Shown here one piece after another: positions 28,268-37,400 of a stretch of DNA of 64,000 nt. The DNA is taken from IMG/VR virus record IMGVR_UViG_3300034190_003093, positions 1 through 64,000 of that record, one strand, 5' to 3'. The DNA is from an uncultured virus (IMG/VR IMGVR_UViG_3300034190_003093) (lineage: Duplodnaviria; Heunggongvirae; Uroviricota; Caudoviricetes). The notes under the pieces are model-generated. The model was not told where the DNA came from and did not search any database. It was given only the letters and a program-made list of their open reading frames with translations. Made by a program: the position numbers and the translations under genes. The stretch's first letter is position 1. Each line of letters begins with the position of its first letter.

Positions 28268-28651
28268 ATGACTATGCAACTTGTTGGTCCTTATATGACC
28301 ACAACAAACTACAAGAAGCGTAAAGCTAAAAAGAAAACACAAAAGTTGCTTCAGGCAGAAGCTGAGCACGAAAAGTTTATGCGTAAGATGGGGGTAAGCC
28401 AAGAACAACTTGAGGGAAAGCTGTATGACAAGTATGGCAAACGCAAGAGTGTTAATGAGCGGCCAGACTACGATACCGGCCCACGTATGACAAGTGATAA
28501 AATTGCAGGGCATGGCGTGCGCAAAGAAAGTCACACATACAGCGGCGAGCGCCAACTGTTAGGTATTGCAACTATGCACAAAAGTAATATGGTACCTATT
28601 TTTGCTGATAAAAAAGAAGATGCTAAAGATATTGCAAGTATGAGGAGATAA
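28268..28651 (+). CDS. Basic hypothetical protein
   Basis: C-terminal GIATMHKSNMVPIF...MRR. Confidence 0.7.
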   Translation: MTMQLVGPYMTTTNYKKRKAKKKTQKLLQAEAEHEKFMRKMGVSQEQLEGKLYDKYGKRKSVNERPDYDTGPRMTSDKIAGHGVRKESHTYSGERQLLGIATMHKSNMVPIFADKKEDAKDIASMRR

Positions 28652-28654
28652 AAT

Positions 28655-28933
28655 ATGACCAAGTATTTAGAACAAACTGTACAAGACAGCGTAAAAGCTC
28701 AACTAGTTGATGGAATTGTAGAAATCAACTTTCTTAAATCAGATGGCACAACTCGCAAGATGAATGCAACATTAAATGAAAACGTTGTTCCTAAAGCAAA
28801 CAAAGAAGATCCACTTAGTACCAAGGCAGTGCGCAAAGTCAATCCAGAAGTTTGCGTAATATGGGATGTTGACGCTGCGGGTTGGAGAAGCTTTCGATGG
28901 GACCGGCTGCAAGAGATATCAACAACCACATGA
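28655..28933 (+). CDS. SH3/WYL-like beta-barrel protein
   Basis: F.K.DGT.R.M.ATL...WD....WRSFR. Confidence 0.7.
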   Translation: MTKYLEQTVQDSVKAQLVDGIVEINFLKSDGTTRKMNATLNENVVPKANKEDPLSTKAVRKVNPEVCVIWDVDAAGWRSFRWDRLQEISTTT

Positions 28934-29142
28934 ATACCACAACCAACATGTATATCGTGCATACATATAACAAAATTAAACAAGGTTGCAATCGGTTTCA
29001 CGGCGTGTACAGTAGTAAAGAACTTGCCGACATAGCAGGTAAAGAATACTGCAAAACATGGGGAGAAGAAACTTTACACCACATAGTTACTATTGCTGCA
29101 CTAGATGATATTATTAATAGTGTGCAGAAACAATCAGAGTAA
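28930..29142 (+). CDS. Hypothetical protein
   Basis: ATGA overlap; GVYSSKELA. Confidence 0.5.
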   Translation: MNTTTNMYIVHTYNKIKQGCNRFHGVYSSKELADIAGKEYCKTWGEETLHHIVTIAALDDIINSVQKQSE

Positions 29143-29150
29143 ATACTGCT

Positions 29151-29861
29151 ATGCAACAAATTACAAACATGAAAAAAATAGTAGGATTCGGCGATAGCTT
29201 TGTGTATGGTTCTGAATTACAGCGTGAAGGTCATAGCTGGGTTTCACAATGTGCAGAAAAACTCGAAGTAGGTTACGAAACAACCAGTGTACCTGGCTGC
29301 GGCAACGAAAACATTTCGATGCAAATATTAACATATTTTGCAAATAACCCAAAAAAGAACACTCTGGCAGTTATTAACTGGACGTGGGGAGCTCGATGGG
29401 ATTTTTATGTTCCAGGGAAAGAACAATGGACCACATTAGGTTTATCGTGTGTGCCTAGTAAACTAGCACCATTAGTAGGACTCGAAGAAGCAACAAAGAT
29501 ACTCGAGTTTTACAACAAGTATCCAGGACATAGCACACTATGGGACAAGTTTAGATCACTGCAAACTATTCATTCAACTCAACAATTTCTAAAATTACAC
29601 AACATACCTAGTGTGCAAACATACATGGACTCTGAAATTTGGGATACAAAATGGCATGCACCGGACTATATTCGTACACTGCAAGACCTTACCAAAGAAC
29701 CATTACAAACATTTGAAGGTGAAAGTTTCTTAGATTGGAGTTACACCAATAAATTTGAAGTTACCCAACCATGGTTACATCCTCTTGAAGATGCTCATAA
29801 TGCTGCATGCGACTTATGGATTGATGTTTATAGACAGGCTCTAGCAAACATGCCTTCATAA
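29151..29861 (+). CDS. SGNH/GDSL-like hydrolase
   Basis: FGDSFVYG, GCGN, INWTW..R.D, HPLEDAH. Confidence 0.65.
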   Translation: MQQITNMKKIVGFGDSFVYGSELQREGHSWVSQCAEKLEVGYETTSVPGCGNENISMQILTYFANNPKKNTLAVINWTWGARWDFYVPGKEQWTTLGLSCVPSKLAPLVGLEEATKILEFYNKYPGHSTLWDKFRSLQTIHSTQQFLKLHNIPSVQTYMDSEIWDTKWHAPDYIRTLQDLTKEPLQTFEGESFLDWSYTNKFEVTQPWLHPLEDAHNAACDLWIDVYRQALANMPS

Positions 29862-29883
29862 CACAATATCAATAAATATGTAC

Positions 29884-30441
29884 ATGCAACAAGAAATTAG
29901 AAAATACATTCAACTAACCGAAGACAAACAAGAAGAGAAATTAGCAGCCGATGCACTGCCGTACGACAGTGGTGCATTAGCTCCTGTGCTTTCTAAAGAA
30001 AATGTTGACTACCATTACAATGTGTTGACCAAAGGATATGTAAATCGTTACAACAACAACGAAGGCGATCCTAAATTTAATTACGGTGGAGCAAAACTTC
30101 ACAACTTATTTTGGCAACAGTTACAAGCACCCAAAGGCGCAAACAGACCTACCGGGACAATTAAAGAATTTATCGACGCACACCACGAAGACTACGACAA
30201 TTTTAAAAAAGAAATGTTGCGTGTTGCAATGACACTTCAAGGCAGCGGCTGGGTGTACCTTGCTAAGAATGGCAAGATTAAAACTACGCCTAACCAATCA
30301 TACAAAACAGATATACTATTACCAATCGACATGTGGGAGCATTCGTTTATGGATTATGTGCCTGCCAAAGACGCTAAGAAAAAGTATATAAACAATATGA
30401 TGAAGATCATCAATTGGAATGCAATCAACGGGAGATTATAA
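29884..30441 (+). CDS. sod: Fe/Mn superoxide dismutase
   Basis: LPY...L.P, YHY, LHNLFW, QGSGW, DMWEH, INW. Confidence 0.9.
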   Translation: MQQEIRKYIQLTEDKQEEKLAADALPYDSGALAPVLSKENVDYHYNVLTKGYVNRYNNNEGDPKFNYGGAKLHNLFWQQLQAPKGANRPTGTIKEFIDAHHEDYDNFKKEMLRVAMTLQGSGWVYLAKNGKIKTTPNQSYKTDILLPIDMWEHSFMDYVPAKDAKKKYINNMMKIINWNAINGRL

Positions 30442-30608
30442 TGATTAGACGATGGATTAAAAGTAGAGTAGATGAGCGTACTTCTTGGGATGGTGCTGTA
30501 CTAATCGGAGTCGGCTTGGTCATTTTGATTGCAGGGCCATTTGCTAAATTAGCTGCATATGCTGCTATTGCATACGGTGCTTGGGCTATTTGGCAGAAAG
30601 AAGACTAA
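30441..30608 (+). CDS. Small membrane protein
   Basis: ERTSWDG plus two hydrophobic segments. Confidence 0.6.
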   Translation: MIRRWIKSRVDERTSWDGAVLIGVGLVILIAGPFAKLAAYAAIAYGAWAIWQKED

Positions 30609-30609
30609 T

Positions 30610-31068
30610 ATGAAAAAAGTATTAATAGCAGCAACTATTAGTTTACTATTAAGCGGGTGTTTGAGTGCTAAACCTAAATGGACAGATCCAATTACTACAA
30701 TTAACAGCAAAGTGCCTCCGGGTGAACTATTACCTTTACAAGATACTGTAACAATGCTTGAAACAAAAACAAGCGACGGCAATAGATTACATGTTATAAA
30801 AGGCACACGCAAAGCAGGAACAAGAGTTGGTATCCATGTACACAAGTATGGAGGTCATACTTGTGTTCTTAGCGGAATCATGACTGATTTTGTAGAAGGT
30901 AGTGAACCATCGCATTACCCAGCAGGTACTTGTTATTATATGCCAGCAGATACACCAATGGCAGCGGCAAACTTAGGCGAAGAAGATGCTGTATTAATCG
31001 ATACATTCATCCTACCATACGGGGAAGATGAAATTACTATTTTAGAACCAAATTGGGAGTTTAAATAA
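30610..31068 (+). CDS. Cupin-domain lipoprotein
   Basis: LSGC lipobox; IHVH.YGG.TCVLSG, G.CYYMP. Confidence 0.7.
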   Translation: MKKVLIAATISLLLSGCLSAKPKWTDPITTINSKVPPGELLPLQDTVTMLETKTSDGNRLHVIKGTRKAGTRVGIHVHKYGGHTCVLSGIMTDFVEGSEPSHYPAGTCYYMPADTPMAAANLGEEDAVLIDTFILPYGEDEITILEPNWEFK

Positions 31069-31072
31069 CAAC

Positions 31073-31357
31073 ATGGTGATAACTCTTACTGAATCCGCTA
31101 AACAATACATGAAAAAAGTTGGCAAACCAAATGTATCGCTGTCTGTGAAAGGTGGTGGGTGCAGTGGCTTTCAATACGAATGGGGTGTAACTAACAAGGA
31201 AGCAACAGTGGATCATCTATGGCTAGACCCAATGGCAGAAATGTTTGTGTTTGGTTGTACAGTAGATTATGTTGAAGAACTAGGTGGTAGTTATTTAAAA
31301 GTATCTAATCCAAATGCAACAGCCAGTTGCGGCTGCGGGGAAAGCTTTGCTGCTTGA
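31073..31357 (+). CDS. IscA/HesB A-type Fe-S carrier
   Basis: GGGCSGFQY, NPNA.ASCGCGESF. Confidence 0.92.
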   Translation: MVITLTESAKQYMKKVGKPNVSLSVKGGGCSGFQYEWGVTNKEATVDHLWLDPMAEMFVFGCTVDYVEELGGSYLKVSNPNATASCGCGESFAA

Positions 31358-31390
31358 TCCATAAATACACTAGTATTAAAGGATCGTTAG

Positions 31391-31846
31391 ATGGCACAAC
31401 AAATAATCAATTTAGGAACTTCAGCAAACGCAGGCGATGGTGATAATCTTCGCAGCGCAATGGATAAAACCAACGACAACTTCACAGAAGTTTACACTGC
31501 TGGTCCTGTTGGATCAAACATCACCATCGCAAACAACTCAATCACAAGCACAAACACAAATGGTAATATATCACTAGCCACAGATGGCACCGGTGTTATT
31601 CAAATTACTAATAACGTTATCCCCGATACCAACGATCTACGTTACATCGGCAGTGCAACCAATCGCCCACGTGGCATATATGCAGGCAGTGCTGGCATTA
31701 TTAGTTCTGGTCCACTAACACTTCCTGTTTATGCCGATACCGCAGCAAGAGATGCAGCAATTACTACGCCTGCAGCAGGCATGATTGTGCTTACCGGAAC
31801 AACATTTCAAGGTTACAACGGCAGTGCCTGGGTCAACATAAGCTAA
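31391..31846 (+). CDS. Virion structural protein (baseplate/fibre-type N-terminus)
   Basis: MAQQIINLG..AN.G.GD.LR.A..K.N.NF.E; TAAATA box upstream. Confidence 0.7.
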   Translation: MAQQIINLGTSANAGDGDNLRSAMDKTNDNFTEVYTAGPVGSNITIANNSITSTNTNGNISLATDGTGVIQITNNVIPDTNDLRYIGSATNRPRGIYAGSAGIISSGPLTLPVYADTAARDAAITTPAAGMIVLTGTTFQGYNGSAWVNIS

Positions 31847-31898
31847 TATAACTTACTCCAAGCCATAAATACTCATAACAGCAAGTTAGAGGATTACA

Positions 31899-34412
31899 AT
31901 GGCAAGACAGATTATCAATGTAGGCGCAACAGCCAATGATGGAACAGGCGATGGTCTTAGAAACGCCTATATCAAGTGTAATGATAACTTTCAAGAACTG
32001 TACAACACTACAACCACACCTACTGAAATTATCAACGGCACATCAAATATAGCTGTTGCTGAAAATGCTAATGTTACAATTAGTATTGCCGGCAGTGCCA
32101 ATGTTGTCAACTTTTCAGGATCTTTAACTGAGTTTACTGGGAACGCTAATATCTCAGGCGATTTAGCAGTTGGTAACAGTTTCACAATTACGCAAGATGT
32201 AACAGTTGGTGACCAGCTTGTTATCAACGGAACACTAGGTAGTAATCTTATCCCAGACGGCAACAGCACTAGAGACTTAGGGTCGAGCAGTGCAAGATGG
32301 AAAGACATATATCTAAGTGGTAGCAGTATTGTACTCGGAGACATTGTATTAAAAGCAAGTGCTGGCAATGTGCTCAGTGTGTTTGGCGCAGATGGTACTA
32401 CACCCGGCAGTATTAATCCTACTATTAGCAATGGAACATCGTCGATTGCCATCCCAGCAACTGACGGTGATGTGCAAATAACTGCAAATGCAATAAACAC
32501 ACTCACAGTAAGCGATGCTGGTGCTAATATCACAGGATACATTGATGCAACCGGTAATATTACAGCAACCGGCAATATACAAGGTGGTAACCTAACAATT
32601 GGCGGATTATCAGCAAGTTCTGATGTTACTGCTACTGGAAACATTACTGGAGCGTATTTTATTGGCGATGGCGGATTTCTTTCAAACGTAACGGCTGCGT
32701 CCAACGTTGCTGTTACACAGATTGCAAATGGAACAAGTGTTGTCGGTATTAGTAGTTCTGGCGGTAATGTTGAACTAACATCTGGCGGTGTACTTGTATT
32801 TGAAACAAATGGCACAACTATAGATTTCCAAGTTCCACTTCTTGGCGATGGTAGTCAGCTAACAGGCATTGATGCTACACAGATTCAAAACGGCACTAGC
32901 AGTATCGAAGTTACTACAAGCGGTGGCAACATCGAAGGCAATGTAGGTGGTGCTACAATCTTTAATGTTGCAAGTACGGGACTAGAATTATCTGCTAATA
33001 TTGCAATGGGCAGCAACTACATTACAGGTCTCGCTGATCCTTCGGCTGCGCAAGACGCTGCTACTAAAACCTACGTTGACACAATTGCAGCCGCAGGCAT
33101 TCACTACCACGATCCAGTTAGAGTTGAACAAGAAGGCAACTTAAATGCTACGTACAACAATGGCGCAAGTGGTGTAGGTGCTACACTAACCAATGCCGGT
33201 ACACAGGCAGCTCTTGTTATTGATGGCGTTACAATGGTTGTTGCTGACAGAGTATTAGTATATGAACAAACAGATGCTAGTCAAAACGGTGTGTACACTG
33301 TTACCGATATTGGTAGTGTTAGTACAAACTGGGTATTAACACGTGCCGCAGACGCTGATTCATATTCGCCAAGTGATCCTGATTCACTAGGACAAGGTGA
33401 TGCTTTCTTTGTGCAAGAAGGTGCTGCGGGTGCCGGTGAAACATATGTAATGAACACAGTAGGTACAATTACATTCGGTACTACTGATATAACTTTTGTA
33501 CAAATTTCAAGTGCACAGATTTATAGTGCAGGCAACGGTATTGACTTAACCGGTGTTACCTTCTCATTAGACAGCACATATGACGCAACATTTAACTCAA
33601 TAGCTGGTTCAGGTACAAGCCTGACTGCATTAAATGCAACTCAATTAACCACAGGGACAGTACCAAGTGCTAGACTAAGCGGGACATACTCGATCACTGC
33701 GGCCAACGTTACAAGTCAATCAAATAGTGCAACTATTACCGCAGCAAGTACAAACACTGCTAACCAGATCGTGCTAAGGGACGGAAGTGGTGCATTTAGC
33801 GCAGGGGCAATTACAGCCACAGGCGCTGGAATCACCAATCTAAACGCAAGCAACTTAGCAAGCGGCACAGTACCAAGTGCTAGACTAAGTGGAACATATT
33901 CAATTACCGCTGCTAATATTACAAGCCAGTCAAACAGTGCAACTATTGCAGCAGCAAGTGCGAACACGTTTAACACAATCGTATTACGTGATGGCAGCGG
34001 TAACTTTAGTGCCAGTACAATGACAGCACAAGCTACATCAGCCCAATACGCCGACTTAGCAGAAATGTATTCAAGTGATGAAGATTATAAACCGGGTACA
34101 GTTTTGATGTTTGGCGGTGATGCTGAAGTAACAGTAAGCAACGAAGACGCTAGTCCGAGAGTAGCAGGTGTAGTTAGTACTAATCCTGCACATTTAATGA
34201 ACAGTGATGCAATAGGTGTTGCTGTTGCATTAACAGGCAGAGTACCAACTCATGTTGTTGGGCCAGTTCGCAAAGGAGACATGATGGTTTCCACTGCAAC
34301 TGGTAAAGCAAGGGCCGAAGCTAACCCAGCAATGGGCACAGTGATTGGTAAAGCGTTAGAAGATTTTGACGGAACTCACGGAACGATCGAAGTAGTAGTA
34401 GGAAGGCTCTAA
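31899..34412 (+). CDS. Tail fibre-like protein
   Basis: Same N-terminal motif, NGTS repeats, DAATKTYVD, C-terminal ADLAEMY...GRVP...IGKALE domain. Confidence 0.8.
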   Translation: MARQIINVGATANDGTGDGLRNAYIKCNDNFQELYNTTTTPTEIINGTSNIAVAENANVTISIAGSANVVNFSGSLTEFTGNANISGDLAVGNSFTITQDVTVGDQLVINGTLGSNLIPDGNSTRDLGSSSARWKDIYLSGSSIVLGDIVLKASAGNVLSVFGADGTTPGSINPTISNGTSSIAIPATDGDVQITANAINTLTVSDAGANITGYIDATGNITATGNIQGGNLTIGGLSASSDVTATGNITGAYFIGDGGFLSNVTAASNVAVTQIANGTSVVGISSSGGNVELTSGGVLVFETNGTTIDFQVPLLGDGSQLTGIDATQIQNGTSSIEVTTSGGNIEGNVGGATIFNVASTGLELSANIAMGSNYITGLADPSAAQDAATKTYVDTIAAAGIHYHDPVRVEQEGNLNATYNNGASGVGATLTNAGTQAALVIDGVTMVVADRVLVYEQTDASQNGVYTVTDIGSVSTNWVLTRAADADSYSPSDPDSLGQGDAFFVQEGAAGAGETYVMNTVGTITFGTTDITFVQISSAQIYSAGNGIDLTGVTFSLDSTYDATFNSIAGSGTSLTALNATQLTTGTVPSARLSGTYSITAANVTSQSNSATITAASTNTANQIVLRDGSGAFSAGAITATGAGITNLNASNLASGTVPSARLSGTYSITAANITSQSNSATIAAASANTFNTIVLRDGSGNFSASTMTAQATSAQYADLAEMYSSDEDYKPGTVLMFGGDAEVTVSNEDASPRVAGVVSTNPAHLMNSDAIGVAVALTGRVPTHVVGPVRKGDMMVSTATGKARAEANPAMGTVIGKALEDFDGTHGTIEVVVGRL
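33657..34010 (+). repeat. Two ~210-nt (70-aa) tandem repeats in the fibre gene
   Basis: acagtaccaagtgctagactaag at 33657 and 33867; GTVPSARLSGTYSITAAN twice. Confidence 0.85.
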
Positions 34413-37400
34413 ATGGCACAACCAGTCTGGGTAACACCTGCCGGCAATCTTGGAACCATAGCCGAGAGTCTATTTTTCCACCAGCCAATTGTGGCAACTG
34501 ATCCCGATGGCGGTGCTGTAACTTACTCACTAATTGCTGGACAATTGCCTGCAGGTGTACAAGTAACAACAAATGGAATTGTTGAAGGTGTGCCAACAGC
34601 ACAAGCAATGGTTAAAGGTGTACCAAGTGAAGTTGCCGAAAATGTAACATCAACTTTTGCAATTCGTGCAACAAGCACTGATGGACAGATTAATGATCGA
34701 ACATTTTCATTAACTGTTACAGGCCAAGATATTCCACAGTTTACTACACCATCTGGTTCATTGGGCACATTCTTTGATGGAGATACAGTTAACATTACCA
34801 TTGGTTTTAATGATCAAGATCCAGGCGATGTTGCGACTATTAGTGTTGACATTGGAACTCTTCCGCCAGGCTTGAGTTTAAATCCACTCACAGGTGCCAT
34901 CACTGGATACATTTTGCCAATTAGTAACTTGCCAAATGATGCCCAAGTTGGGTACGATGCTAGTGAATTTGATTTGTACCCATTTGCGTTTAGTACTCGC
35001 AGTATTAACCAAACATACGAATTTACAGTAAAAATTACCGATGGGAAAGATCAAAACCTAAGAACATTCTCGATGTATGTTGTTAGCCGAGATAGTTTAA
35101 CAGCAGACACAACAGACTTTACAGCTGATTCTGATGTACTTACAGCAGATCTTTCGCCATTCCGTACTCCTCTTATTATTAACTATCCGGATAACGGCAT
35201 TATAGGAACGTTTAGGCACGACAATTTCTTTGCATATCAAATCGAAGGATTGGATCTCGACGGTGATTTATTCGAGTTTGAAATTGAACAAGGCGACAGT
35301 AGTGATATTCCCCCGGGCATAACGTTTGATCGATTCACAGGATGGTTAACTGGATTCTTCCCAGATCAGGGTGCAACAGAACTTCAATACACATTTGCTA
35401 TTACTATTTACAAGAAAGACAACAACAGCATTGTAAGTGAACCTTACGAATACACAATGACTGTCATCGGTAACATCGAAAGTAGTGTCACATGGTTAAC
35501 TGGTACATTGATTCCAGGCAGAGATGTTAACGATCCTATATACAGTTTAGGCGAAATCAGCAACGGTGCAATCAGTATGTTTTCCGTTTTGGCAAGCAAC
35601 CCAAGTGACAGGTCGTTGCAATTTAAGTTAAAACAAGGTACATATCCTTCAACGCCAGGACAGTACAACTTGCTACCGCAAGGATTAAGTTTACTTGAAA
35701 GTGGGCATATTGCAGGTCGTGTTAGCTTTAATACATTTACGTTTGACGGCGGTACAACCACGTTTGACAAAGAAGCAAGCACTAGATTAACAACAACCGA
35801 AACTACATGGGATAAGAATTTTGATTTCACAGTAGTAGCATACAGCTCAGATGGATTGATTAGTGTTAGTAGGACTTTTCGGATCACTGTTGACAGAGAA
35901 TACAACAGCCCATACCAAGGATTGTATATCAAAGCAATGCCTGACCATGCAGACAGGAATCTTGTAGACAGTTTGTTACAAGATACTGATATCATTCCGC
36001 CTAGTAGAGTGTATAGAGCCGATGACCCATATTTTGGTATTGCAAAAAATGTAACTTACACACATGCATATAGCTTGGATACTGCTACACTTGACGAATA
36101 TTTGGTTGCACTGAGCAAAAATCACTTTCGAAAGAAGTTAATACTTGGCAACATAAAAACAGCACAAGCATTAAACAGTGACGGAACAGTTGCATACGAA
36201 GTTGTGTACAGTGACGTAATTGACACTGGCGTAAACAAACTCGGAGAATCGCCGCCGCAAAGTATTAATCTGCCGTATCCTGTTACAGTGCCGAATCAAG
36301 CAGCCACCGAAGCTCGAGAATTAGTTGATGAAAACTTTAGCAATGGCAGCATTGGAGATCCGAATGTAACTGCACTTAATCAAGTAAGCGAAGCATATTT
36401 AGAAGAAGCAAGAGATCTAAACCTTCTAACCAATGTCATGAGTCAACTAGCTAGAGATTGGGTTGGGCAAGGACAACCAGGAGATCCTGCAGAACGTTGG
36501 GATGGTAACAAATATATTCCAAATCCTAAAGCAAACGATACTTTTACTCCAGCACCAAGTAACCAATGTCCGGTAAACATCAACGAACCGTTACGATATG
36601 AGAAATTTAGGTCAGCACTCGAAGCACTCACAGCAGATGATATTATATGGTGTGACTATACAGTAACCATCAACAAGGATCCCAATGGTCAAAAACTAGA
36701 TCCGCCTAAGGTAGTTCGCAGTGTTGCACCGTTTGGCTTTTTAATAGAAGTAGGTGATACTGCATACATCACAATGCGTGGCACACAAACTTCATATGAT
36801 TTTACGTTAGACTTTATGAGTGGAAAAGTTATAAATCCAATTGCCGGCTTTGGTAAAGGTAAAACACAAAATGGATTTACTATGGCATACAAAGGTCTTG
36901 GTCCTGACCCTCTTGAAGTTCGAGCAGCAGATGTTCCAGGTAAGAGTTTGTACACTGTGTTAAACGACACCACTAAAACAAAAATCAAAATTGGAGGACA
37001 CAGTCTTGGAAGTTCGATCAGTACATTGATTGCCAACTATGCTCAAAGTTTGAACAAATTTAACCGCGTCGAAGGTTATGTGAGCGCATCACCAACAGTG
37101 GGTAACCAAATATACGCTGATTACTTTAATGCTCTTGAAGACAAAGACGGTAACACGCTGGGCAATAACTTTTACAGGCTTACAAATAAAAATGATCTCG
37201 TACCAACACTTCCTGGGCCATTATTGGGATTTATTCCAGTTGCTCAAGAAGTTTTGTTTGATACATTGTATACAGACTCTAATGGTAAAAAAGACATATC
37301 AAAGAATCATTCAATCTGTTGTTGTTACTCGTATGCACTTAGACATCCCCAGAATCCATACAATAATAAAAACGAAGATGGTGTGGAGAATCAGTGTGAG

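Noticed and set aside
31991..32815. Long antisense ORFs (also 1780..2391, 35444..35995, 55260..55772)
   Set aside because: Shadows of well-supported genes on the other strand caused by codon bias; no motifs or start signals
33657..34010. Repeat pair in the fibre gene as a diversity-generating retroelement TR/VR
   Set aside because: Differences are mostly synonymous and not adenine-specific; both copies are in-frame protein repeats; no reverse transcriptase in the window
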